Positions 49,156 through 59,022 of a DNA stretch of 64,000 nucleotides are shown piece by piece. Origin of the DNA: a virus; the IMG/VR virus record IMGVR_UViG_3300037325_000137, positions 14,376-78,375 of that record. One strand, given 5' to 3'. How positions within the stretch are numbered: the first letter of the stretch is position 1; each line of letters starts with the position of its first letter. Position numbers and translations under genes: made by a program. Below the pieces are notes generated by a model. The model saw only the letters and a program-made list of their open reading frames with translations, ran no database searches and had not been told where the DNA came from.

Positions 49156-49281
49156 GGTGGCTAACAATGTATATAGCAAATAGCCTTATTAGCCATTTTA
49201 GAAACTACTTGCTTGTTTATAATTTATTTACTTTTTACTTAATTCTGTGATAGGCTACTTGCCATATACTAAACATTGTAG
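49156..49281. repeat. att site 15 (core ATT instead of GTT)
   Basis: aacaatgtatatagcaaatagcct ... aggctacttgccatatactaaacatt. Confidence 0.85.
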
Positions 49282-49302
49282 TGCATTAAAACGTTCGATT
49301 CG

Positions 49303-49693
49303 CCACAACAACACGCTATATAAATAATGCTTGGTTTCGTGCTGTAATCAAAGTTTAGCGCTTTTAATGCCATAATTAAATATTTTTAAAAACCCATTCA
49401 CCATTTAGTTTCCAAGTTTCTTTATCATAGTAAACTTCTACTACTATATTTTGCATTTTATTATGGCAACGTAAATTTCCACAAGAGAAGTCTACTGCTT
49501 CAATACCTAATTCATCATTTACATCAATAAAATCTTGGTTTTTACTCGTTGCTATCAACCTTACTGGGTATTCTGCTTTCTTTTTTAATACTTCTTTTAA
49601 GTTCATTTTTAAAAATATTTAATTATTAGTTCTGTGTTTAATTCAAAGTTTCGTTCATTTAATGTCGCACTATTCATATAGCAACAGTTACCC
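49303..49693. repeat. att site 16 (gene inside loop)
   Basis: aacacgctatataaataatgc ... gcactattcatatagcaacagtt. Confidence 0.75.
49376..49606 (-). CDS. Hypothetical protein inside att16 loop
   Basis: 76 aa, bracketed by a perfect 21-bp inverted repeat. Confidence 0.6.
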   Translation of the reverse strand: MNLKEVLKKKAEYPVRLIATSKNQDFIDVNDELGIEAVDFSCGNLRCHNKMQNIVVEVYYDKETWKLNGEWVFKNI

Positions 49694-49753
49694 TTAATAC
49701 TAGGTTCGTGCTTTCTCGGTTGTTATTGTTTGTTCAGTCTTTATCCTTATTTA

Positions 49754-50224
49754 TTATATTAAATTGTTAGCGTGATGTGACTTAGTGTAAATACCACCAG
49801 CTCTTATGTATTCTATCGCTGTATTCATAGAACTAGTTGTGTCTGTGTCTTCGTTAACGATCATATACCCATCTTCATTAGAATGTTCAATAGAGAATTT
49901 AAAGTTTACCGATTTTTCCATGTCAATAGCTAAATTTTTTAGCTTTGTCTCAAATGTTTCTCTAATAGTTTCTAAAGCATTTATACCTCTTTCTATTCTT
50001 CTCATGTGTATGTTATGTCTTTCTTCCCAAAGTTCTTTTAGGATTTGTTGATTTTGATAATTAGCTAGATTACTTGATTCCCACTTACTGAAACCTTTAT
50101 CGTCGATGATCTTATAACTGGATCTTATGGAGACAATATTATTTCTTGACAGAGCCAGTTTCTTTTGAGTTTCTGTAAGTGCATTAAAAGCCTTTGACCT
50201 CTGTATTTCTTTTTTTGCTATCAT
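49754..50224 (-). CDS. Hypothetical early protein
   Basis: 156-aa ORF. Confidence 0.5.
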   Translation of the reverse strand: MIAKKEIQRSKAFNALTETQKKLALSRNNIVSIRSSYKIIDDKGFSKWESSNLANYQNQQILKELWEERHNIHMRRIERGINALETIRETFETKLKNLAIDMEKSVNFKFSIEHSNEDGYMIVNEDTDTTSSMNTAIEYIRAGGIYTKSHHANNLI

Positions 50225-50226
50225 AA

Positions 50227-50553
50227 TTAAAGTGTTTTATCTTCAATTCTTTTAAAAGCATCCCATTCATTAGATCGTATTTTAAACAAGCTTCTGTATT
50301 TCATTTGCAAATCTTTATTAGTTGAAATTGCGTCTAAGTATCTCAATCCTTTTAAATCACTTAGACCGTAGAACATATTAAAAAGCTCTTTCTTGCCTAT
50401 GTTTTTTTGTTTAAGGTCTAATGAAATTTCTTTAGTCTTACAGCTAGGGTTTTTCATCACGAACTTATAGAACTCTTTTAAATCATTTGTAAGTATAACT
50501 CCTTTGTTTGAGCCAATATTAACACTGGCTATAAAATGGTTGTGTAAATTCAT
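50227..50553 (-). CDS. Hypothetical early protein
   Basis: 108-aa ORF. Confidence 0.5.
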   Translation of the reverse strand: MNLHNHFIASVNIGSNKGVILTNDLKEFYKFVMKNPSCKTKEISLDLKQKNIGKKELFNMFYGLSDLKGLRYLDAISTNKDLQMKYRSLFKIRSNEWDAFKRIEDKTL

Positions 50554-50822
50554 GCTTGTTTTTGTTTTTCATTGCATCTAGTAAATAGACAAAAATGTTT
50601 ATTTTCATTTTGCAAATTGTTGTGGTAAAATTTATGATCTCTAAAACTGTAATCAAGTCCTTTTAAAAATAATAGTTTAAATCTTTTAGTTGCATATTCT
50701 CGAATTAAAAGATGTCCTTTTGCGTTTCTAAATGTAACTTCAACAAAACCTCCTTTTTCAAAAATCTCCTTGATCTCTACTGTGTTGAGCTTAATAGCTT
50801 CTATTAATTCATTTACTAACAT
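50550..50822 (-). CDS. Hypothetical early protein
   Basis: 90-aa ORF. Confidence 0.45.
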   Translation of the reverse strand: MLVNELIEAIKLNTVEIKEIFEKGGFVEVTFRNAKGHLLIREYATKRFKLLFLKGLDYSFRDHKFYHNNLQNENKHFCLFTRCNEKQKQA

Positions 50823-51136
50823 TATAACATTTGTTTAAGTTCTTCCTCGCTTGAATAAATAGAATCCTCACATATATCATTATAATACACATAATGCTTT
50901 CTATCTGATTCAGTAGTATTCATCGATTGAGTAAGGCTCTTTAAGTGATTACATATCATACTGTAAGATTCGTCATAACCGCCACTATCCGTACTTTTAT
51001 ATAATTGCTCAATAAAAAACTTGTAGAATAGTTTTTGCTGTAAAATTTGATAGTTCTTATAAACTAAACAAATTATTAAAATCATTATTATAATAAATAA
51101 TAATGGAATCATGTACTCTAAAAAGGTGGTTTTCAT
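50822..51136 (-). CDS. Single-TM membrane protein
   Basis: N-terminal hydrophobic helix. Confidence 0.5.
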   Translation of the reverse strand: MKTTFLEYMIPLLFIIIMILIICLVYKNYQILQQKLFYKFFIEQLYKSTDSGGYDESYSMICNHLKSLTQSMNTTESDRKHYVYYNDICEDSIYSSEEELKQML

Positions 51137-51199
51137 TGTGTTTTATTTTAATTAGTGAAACAAATGTAATACTTTTCATTAGTATTTAGGCTAATTATA

Positions 51200-51760
51200 C
51201 TACATTTTTTTAATTCTTTTAAGAATTGTTTTTGCTGCAAAAGATTCTTGTTTAACTGCTTTTTTAGCATAATACAAAGCTCTTTTTTTTAATTCTTCAT
51301 AAGCTCCTTCCGATTGGTACAATCTCATGTAACACGTAGATGCCATTACGTTCATTTCTCCACTTATTTCTAAGTTGGTTTTTTGAAGTATTTCAAAATA
51401 TATGGCAGCTTGCATATAATTACCTCTTTTGTAATCAGATTCAAACATATAAAATAGAGAATCGAAAACATCATTTAATGCTTTATCACTCTTATACTCT
51501 ACTTCGCTATAATATACGGTTCTTGTTACTGGTCTTGTCGTCCTATTAGCTTTTACAAAACCATCATTATATCCATCTATAAAGGTTGTTCTTCCTAGCG
51601 TTGGTAACGGTGCTAAAGGTGTTAATATTGGCAGTACATAAGAACTAGTATTTAGGTAATTAGCTCCTTGCCTATACCCTGCTTTATATCCGTTGCTAAA
51701 GCTCTGTGAAGCAGATATAAAGCAGATTAGAAATATCGAAATTGTAGTTATATTTTTCAT
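51200..51760 (-). CDS. Secreted protein with signal peptide and TPR-like helical C-terminus
   Basis: MKNITTISIFLICFISASQ Bacteroidota-type signal. Confidence 0.55.
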   Translation of the reverse strand: MKNITTISIFLICFISASQSFSNGYKAGYRQGANYLNTSSYVLPILTPLAPLPTLGRTTFIDGYNDGFVKANRTTRPVTRTVYYSEVEYKSDKALNDVFDSLFYMFESDYKRGNYMQAAIYFEILQKTNLEISGEMNVMASTCYMRLYQSEGAYEELKKRALYYAKKAVKQESFAAKTILKRIKKM

Positions 51761-51791
51761 TGTGTCAATTTTTTGCGTGAATTAGTAAAGG

Positions 51792-52528
51792 CTATTTTTG
51801 ATTGCTTTTTTTGTCGTTTTTAGTTTGCATAACTCTGTTAAAATATTGGGTGTGTTTTCCTTTTGCTAGAGCTACCATTTCTGCTAGAATCCTTTGAGGT
51901 GGGTTAGCCACTCCCATGATTTTATTTACTAGATAATAGTTTTCCGTTTCTTGCGTGTAAACTCTTCCTGTAACGCTACTTGTATAAACTATTTTATAAA
52001 CACCTTGCCTGACAAATGTTATTTTAAAATCCTCTCTTTTTAGTTTTAATGCCATGATTTTAGTTTTTTAGGTTGTAAACTACGATTTGCAGTTCCTCAT
52101 TAGATAATTCATCGATTCCAAAAATAGTTCCGTGTTCATTTTCTACTAATATTTCTTCATTTTCCTCTATCAAGGTTGCCCAATCTAAATTATCAAGTTG
52201 AAATTTATAAGTTGAATTAACGTCTGCTTTTTTGATTTGTTTTATGTTATAAAGTCTTGTACTCATGATTTTGTTTTTTATTTTGTTTATTTTTAGTTTT
52301 TTAACTGTTAATGTAAAACGCTATATCCTTTGCGTTTAATAAAGGTTTTTTAATTACTAGTTTTTCTAAACTAGGTTTATAGTGTTGGTTTTTCCGTATC
52401 TCCATAAATAAGTCTATCTCATTTGAAAATTCAGACTTTACAGTTTCTGTGAACCAATTTACAAATCTCTCTGGATCTTGGTCAATTAAATTTTTAGGTA
52501 TTGGATTAATGATAGCTTCCATAATCAT
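51792..52528 (-). CDS. Three small hypothetical early genes (51792-52055, 52060-52266, 52301-52528)
   Basis: Tightly packed ORFs with A-rich leaders. Confidence 0.5.
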
Positions 52529-52543
52529 AATTTTAGTTAATTA

Positions 52544-52996
52544 TTAAATTTTGTTGTTATCAGCGAAAGAATAAAAACCGCTATCGCTTGTTATAATTAT
52601 ATGATCTAGTAACTTAATATCTAATAACTCTCCACCTTTTTTAATCTTCTCTGTTACTTTATCATCTGCTATGCTTGGCATTAAATTGCCTGTTGGGTGG
52701 TTATGTGCAATAATTAAAGAAGCAGCTCCTATTTGTAGTGCTACTGAAAATATTTTGCGAACATCTATAACACACATATTTAATCCTCCATGACTAACCT
52801 TGAACCATCCTATTGTATTGGCTCTAGTATTCAAATAAATAACTACTACTGACTCTTCGTAGTCTATTGTATCTGCATCAAAATAGTTTTTAAAAACTTC
52901 AGCTGCATCACTACTAGATTTAATTTGTACTGACTTATGATTCCCTTTTTTATATTTTATGGATAATTCGGGTAGGTCTTTTTTATATGTTTTCAT
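52544..52996 (-). CDS. radC: RadC-like JAB domain protein
   Basis: EESVVVIYLN...AHNHPTGNLMPSIAD...LLDHII. Confidence 0.92.
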   Translation of the reverse strand: MKTYKKDLPELSIKYKKGNHKSVQIKSSSDAAEVFKNYFDADTIDYEESVVVIYLNTRANTIGWFKVSHGGLNMCVIDVRKIFSVALQIGAASLIIAHNHPTGNLMPSIADDKVTEKIKKGGELLDIKLLDHIIITSDSGFYSFADNNKI

Positions 52997-53202
52997 TGTG
53001 TTGTTTTTTTTGAGTGAATTAATTTAGGTATTCTTTAGTGTAGAAATTTCTTAATTCAGTTAGGGTAAATTTCTTTTTCCATTGCGTTGTTTGCTCTAGG
53101 TAATATCCTTTTTGTCTTATTGCATTACCATCATTAAACCATACATTAAAATCTATTTCATTTATTATCATTGTGTCAATTTTTTGCGTGAATTGGTAAA
53201 GG

Positions 53203-53956
53203 TTATTTTTGCAGTAAAATTTTACGATTTTTAATAAGCTGTTTTATCTCTTCTATCGACTTGTTTTCGTCAATAAATAGAGAATGTATGATTTTACTTA
53301 AACGTTCCTTAGTGGGCTTAAATTCTTGGTGGTATCTAGTGATTCCGTTTTGTTTCGCTGCAATATCTATACATCTACTTAAAAACTTACTAGCTTTAGC
53401 GGTTAAGTATCTTCTATTTGAACACTTTATAAATTCCGTTTCGTTTCTCATGGTTTTAGTTTTTTAATTTCTTCTTTGTGAAAGTTTAAAAAATCTCTTC
53501 TTTCTCCTTGGTACATAGAATGTAATGAAGACTCATACTTATGCCCGAACTTTTCAAAAAATAAAGGTTTAATATAATTATTAAAATCATCGTATTCTTT
53601 TATTTGCTTTTCGCTTTCGTCGTTTAATAGTGTTGCAAAATCAATTATTTCTTGAACTGTGTTTTCTGCTTTGTATATTGGCTTCATAGTAAAAAGTGTT
53701 TTCTCTGTATTATTCATAATTATATTTTTTATATATTATTTAAAAGAAAATTCTTGAATTGTTCCGTGATATAAAATGTGTCTTGATACCATTTTCCTTG
53801 ATAATAAACACCTTGTATTTCAAATGGTTTTTTTTCTCTTGTATTACTTTTTCTTATTTCTTTAGTAAAATAATACACCCCTTCGTAATACAAACTTAAT
53901 TCATCAAATTTATTTGATTTTCTAGGTTTGTTACTGTAAACTTGTAATGATTCCAT
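53203..53956 (-). CDS. Three small hypothetical early genes (53203-53451, 53448-53717, 53729-53956)
   Basis: Tightly packed ORFs. Confidence 0.5.
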
Positions 53957-53958
53957 AA

Positions 53959-54162
53959 TTATATTATTTTTTTAGCTCTTAAAATTAAAGCTAGTTTAAA
54001 ATTAGTATTTGCTCTGTACTCTCGTTTAACGGCTTTTATCTTTTTTTCTACACTAGACAAAGAGCTTGCCTTATATCCTTGCTTGATAAGCTCCTTACTA
54101 ACTTCTATCTGTGTCAGTCCTTGCGCTAACAATTTAAATATTTTTATTTCGTGGTTTTCCAT
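53959..54162 (-). CDS. LuxR-like HTH protein
   Basis: IFKLLAQGLTQIEVSKEL...SLSSVEKKIKAVK. Confidence 0.7.
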   Translation of the reverse strand: MENHEIKIFKLLAQGLTQIEVSKELIKQGYKASSLSSVEKKIKAVKREYRANTNFKLALILRAKKII

Positions 54163-54172
54163 TTTTTAAGTA

Positions 54173-54538
54173 TTAATATATTTTTTCTACTATTCCGCTT
54201 TCTGTGTAAAGTAGATATTTTGATTCTCCTATAAAAATATATAGCTCTGGCGGTGTGCTTTCCATTTCATCCACATTTTCAACGTGAAGGATGTTTAAAC
54301 TTGTCTCTTTTGCTGTCCTAGTACCTATAAAATATTGAAGATCTTTAAATGAACTAAAAATCATCTTTTCTGGCGTGTTCTCGTTCGTTACCGTCAGACC
54401 TTCTACAAAATATATGTTTTCAGTCGTGTAAATTTCAAGTATTTGATTTTCTGTTTTATCAATAACCAAAAAAGTTAATGAGGTAAAGAGCAGGATTACT
54501 AAAGATATAGATAGTATTATTAATATATTTTTTTTCAT
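54173..54538 (-). CDS. Membrane-anchored hypothetical protein
   Basis: N-terminal TM/signal. Confidence 0.5.
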   Translation of the reverse strand: MKKNILIILSISLVILLFTSLTFLVIDKTENQILEIYTTENIYFVEGLTVTNENTPEKMIFSSFKDLQYFIGTRTAKETSLNILHVENVDEMESTPPELYIFIGESKYLLYTESGIVEKIY

Positions 54539-54799
54539 GATTTTGTTTTTTAAAATTTTGCGTGAATTATTAAATTTATCGCTTTTTAGTTATAGGAGTT
54601 AAAAAAAAAGTTTATTTCTTCCGTTGTCGCTCCTAATTTAGCAAGCTCTTCACGCTCTGCGTCTTGTTCTTTTTCTGAAACGTAAATTTTAGGAATTCCG
54701 TTTATAGGAATTGATAGGTCTATGTGGTGGTTATTGTTTTTAGTTTTCATAATCTGTATATTTTTTGCGTGAATTGGTAAAGGTTATTTTTTGCTCGAA

Positions 54800-57700
54800 T
54801 TATAGCGGTTTTAAATCATAGGGTTCTGCATCCAATCCATAGTCAAAAGTAAAACCTATGTTTTCAACTTCTTTTCTAAATTGCTTACAATCCTCATAGC
54901 TTAAACCGTTTTCAATTTTATCATTCCAGCGGTTACAAATTTTTACTAGTGCTGGCGGTTGGTCTTCGTAGTTTTCAAATAAACAGATTTTTTTCATGGC
55001 GTTTCTTGTTTAAAAAATGTTTTTGTATTTATTAAAAAAAGTTCTTTTTGCGCTGCTTAATGAATAGCCGATATATTTTTCTTTTATTAGGCTTCCATCT
55101 GAACAAAGGAACGAACAGATAATGTTTGAATTATTGACCTTATGTTGTATATTTTTAAGTTCTATTTTTTCCATGGTGTTTATATTTTATTTCGTTCTAT
55201 ATAGAAAGCTTCTTTTAATTCTTCAAACGTATTATGGCTGCTTAATATTTCTAAAATAGAACATTCCAAAATAGGACTTTTGCATAAATAGAAAGTATTT
55301 GTTTTCATGTTATAGCCGTAGGATAGGCAATTATTACAGTATCTCATAAATTGAACCTTTTTTGTGTTGTCTTTGTACGGCTCTATAAATCCGCATTGTT
55401 TTAAGGTTTTTAAATCCCATGCGTTTTCTTTTTCTTGCGTGTATGTTGTGTTTTTCATGATGTTTTATTTTAATAGTTTAAAATTTCTTTTTTTTCCTCT
55501 TCTTCGCTCCATTGGTTCAATAGGGCGTTTTTGTATTTATTAAAAAGTTCTATTGCTTTAAAAGAATTAATTTTTAAAAGCTTTTCGCCGTCAAAAAAAT
55601 ATATTGCTAAAGGTTCGTTTTCAAGGTAAAATTTTAAAGTAGTAAAATTGGAGTCTAATATATTTTTTCTCGTTGCGTAATTATCTAAAAAATGTTTTGT
55701 TTTTTCTCCTTCTTTCGGGAAAATTTCACTTTTATAAAAATTAATCATACTAGTGCCATTTCTCCTGCTTATGTGAATAAACTTTGTTTTTCCGTTTTTT
55801 AAAATGGTTCTTTTATCTATTTCTGTGAGGTCTTCACGATAGTTTACTATTTTTTTTTCTGTTAATTTAAAAAGCTGGTTGTAAATTGCGTTTTGTGTTT
55901 TCATTTTTCAATTATTTAAAGGTTTATGATTTGTTCCTTTGTGCGCTCTTGCTGCGCTCGTGGTCGTTAACCTGCAAAGGAGTTATTAAATTATTACTTT
56001 GTTTCTTGAAAGTAGAAAATTAAAGCAGATTCTTTTAATTCGTTTAAAAGTGTTCCTTTGTAAATTTCTCTTATGCTCTTATTTGTCTTCTGGTTTTCGC
56101 TTAAAAAATTAACTAACCACTTATAAAAAAGTTCGGCTCTTTTTTCTTCGGGGTATTTCGTAAATTTAGAACCGTTTAACCGCTTAAAAAATTTGTTCAT
56201 AGCATCACTGAAAACCTGTAAATTTTCCAGCGTTAAGACTGCGTTCTCTGAACCTAGGCAAGAGCTTTGAGTGGAATAAAAAAGGATTTCACGATCTTTA
56301 AATTCTTCTATATCTTGTGCGCTTATACCGTTGTACTTATCGCTTATTTTATCTGTAAATTCCATAATTATATTATTTTGAGGTTTTTTAAATTTGAGTT
56401 AACTACAAATAGTATTTTTTCGGCTCTTAGTATTTCGGCAGGGCTTAAATGGTTGGAGTTTAAAAGTTGCTGCAAAATTTGTAAATCTGTCATGGTGTTA
56501 TTTTTTTGAATTAGTGCCGTTTGCATTCTCGATATGCTTGCCAGTCTTTAAACTGGAACGGCTTTAAATGGTTTAATTATTTTTTTTAAGCCTTGCGGAC
56601 ACTTTGTTTCTAGATTTTGCTATGTCGTTAGCCCTTTTTTTATCATCGAAATACATTTCTCTTCCTGCTGCGTCTATGCATGGCTTTGCGTTTTCATCAA
56701 AAATACTTTGATCCGTGACCATGTATTTAAAAAAATCCTTTCTCCCTTGTATTGGATAAACTTTTTTAACTCCGCTTATTTCTGTTTTTTTCATAGTTTT
56801 AATTTTAATGTGTTCCTGTTGTTTTCTGTAATTGCGTTAACATTCTGTAAGGCTCAACAAAACGATAAGCAGAACAAATTGAAGCCATTTTAAGGGCGTT
56901 TTTATCTGTCATAACCTCATAAGCTCCTAGGATATAATGAACGGTTAAACAGTCCTTTTTTAGATCCTCAATTTTAGATAATTTAATATCTCTCTCTTTT
57001 TCACTTTTTACCGTGCTATTTTGCAGCTTTACAAATCGATTAAATAATTTATTTACGTTGCTGTTTAATTCTTTATTTGTCATGATGTTTTTTTTTTAAA
57101 TTGTTTCAAAATCAAATTCTCTGGTAATTTTTATTTTTCCGTCTGGGGAGTGGCTAACGATTCTAACTACCTTATAACCTTTTCTTGTATATCCTTTTAC
57201 GTGGTGTTCTCTACCTCCTATATTTTTAAAAAAAGATTTGCTTTCTACATATTTTTTGTGGTGTTCTTCTGTGATATTTGAAACCTTAACGACTCCTTTT
57301 AAATAGGTTGTTTTTGTGTTTGGGTTCTTTTTTTGTCTTGTTTCTGTTAATGTTATCATGATGTTTTATTTTGTAAGATTATTTAAACGGTTTTATTTTT
57401 TTTGCATTTGTTTTTTATTCATCGGATCAAGTCCATAAAATTTTAAAAAGGCGTTTATATGTCGGGAAGTTGTGGCACTATACCAGCCCTTAATAGTTGC
57501 TTTTTTATTTGTATGGTCATAGGTTGCTACTTCTGTATTATAACTTATTAAACGGCTTTCTTTTTCATCTATTAAAATATTCGCTTTCCCTTTAAATACT
57601 AATAATTGTAAAGATTGTGTTTTCATGATATTTAGCTTTATAAGATTGATTTAAACGGTTTTAAGGTTAACCGTAAAACTATGGTAAAAAATTAATAATG

Positions 57701-58198
57701 TTTAAGAATTGTTTTTCATGCTTTTATATTGTGTCATAATTATATTTATATTATTCTGCATCTTCATATATTTTTGACTCGCTCGATACGTTATATATAA
57801 AGCCGTTACATCTTACCAATAAAGCATTTTTACCGTAGTACATTTTTTTCATTCCTCTAATGCTTCCAGTGCTTGAAAAGTTCGGGAAAGGTTTTAAAAT
57901 AGCTCTGTTTTCTGGCGTGTTTAATAGTTTTTTCACTTTCATGGCTTTATTCTTTAATTATATAAGCTCTTGCAGCATCGTAGGAAATTATCGAAGCTCT
58001 TTTATAACTTGTGCTTTGATCTTCCTTTAAAGACTGGTAGGCATTACTAAGGGCTTTAACGGCTTCCTTTTTAGTTTTAAAAGTTACTAAAACATTTTTA
58101 AACTGTAGCTTTTTCTCTTCGCTGTTAACGGTTTGAATCTTATTTAAAAGAGTCGTCACGCTGGACTGCTGTCCTTGGATTACTATTTTTGTCTTCAT
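54800..58198 (-). CDS. Run of small early hypothetical genes (54800-54997, 55180-55458, 55470-55904, 55994-56365, 56573-56794, 56805-57083, 57096-57359, 57393-57626, 57751-57942, 57947-58198)
   Basis: Co-oriented short ORFs with A-rich leaders, typical host-takeover region. Confidence 0.5.
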
Positions 58199-58354
58199 TT
58201 TTTTTGTTTTTAAAATATTAAAAGTATTGTTGCGGTTAAAAAATTAATTAATACAAATGTCGCTAATGCTCTACCTATGATTAAATAGGCTTTTTCTGTG
58301 TAGTGTAATTTTCTCATGGTTTTATTTATTTAAGTTAGTGTTCTAATGAGTTAC

Positions 58355-58362
58355 AAATATAC
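58355..58362 (-). promoter_or_regulatory. Bacteroidota sigma-70 -7 element (TAnnTTTG) heading the leftward early operon
   Basis: TATATTTG on - strand upstream of first early ORF; same motif at ~7297, 18866, 24393, 24504, 25719, 28580, 34031, 41716, 63289. Confidence 0.65.
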
Positions 58363-59022
58363 AACTACATGAAGGAAAATCAATATCTTTCATTGCTTTA
58401 AGGCCAAACTTTAACAGTATAATCGACGAACTACACAATTAACCACTTTATACTAAATATAAACTTCTTTAACCATCCAGCACAAGATGATCCAAAACAT
58501 ACAAAAAAACTTTAACTTTGCTAATATTATTAGTATGTAACATATATTACTATTTATATTAGTACACTATAAAAATAGCTTTTTAAATTACTGCTTTATA
58601 TTATTGGTTTTTATGATGGGTTTTTAACATAAGCAAGCCTATAAGAACCAACAAGTTAAGACGTTTTATATAAATTATTGGTTCAAGTCTTCACATTATT
58701 ATATATAGGACTTAATTAATTAGTTGGATTGGTTCACTGCTTGGCCCATAACATACAAGACAGGCGCAATAGCACTAATGCCTTGCCGATATGCTTAAGG
58801 TATTAGTATAATCACCCGAAAGAAAACCGTACACGCTAAGTATGAGGACTTCAAAACACTAGATCATAGTAGTAGGTGATCAATTTAAGTTAATCCATAC
58901 GCACCGTATAAAAACGCTAAAACTTTTGAAACATAAACCATTTATCAATAGGGGTAGGGTCTTGACGAAACGAAAACCCATCATGAAAAACTTCGCCAAC
59001 TACTACTACTAACCATCAGTAT

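Larger units (their letters stand above)
43419..49687. mobile_element. Array of 16 integron-like gene cassettes
   Basis: Junction positions at 43418, 43766, 44651, 44962, 45410, 45871, 46247, 46505, 46886, 47300, (~47560 core deleted), 47872, 48072, 48457, 48880, (49275 G>A), 49687; each of the 16 after 43418 is preceded by an imperfect inverted repeat. Confidence 0.88.
51758..54792 (-). repeat. Dispersed leader repeat, 4 copies (51758-51799, 53169-53210, ~54555-54570, ~54761-54792)
   Basis: - strand aataacctttaccaattcacgcaaaaaattgacacaATG; copies 1 and 2 are 40/42 identical. Confidence 0.8.

Noticed and set aside
43419-49687. CRISPR array or set of intrinsic terminators as the explanation for the repeats
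   Set aside because: Repeats are not identical, spacers are gene-sized, stems lack U-tails, several are crossed by ORFs, and ends match per cassette
43419-49687. Shufflon or invertible-segment system
   Set aside because: All sites have the same polarity and all genes the same strand, which fits excision/insertion rather than inversion
43419-49687. Diversity-generating retroelement (A/G differences between repeat arms)
   Set aside because: No reverse transcriptase in the window; differences are at fixed positions of inverted arms, not template/variable direct repeats
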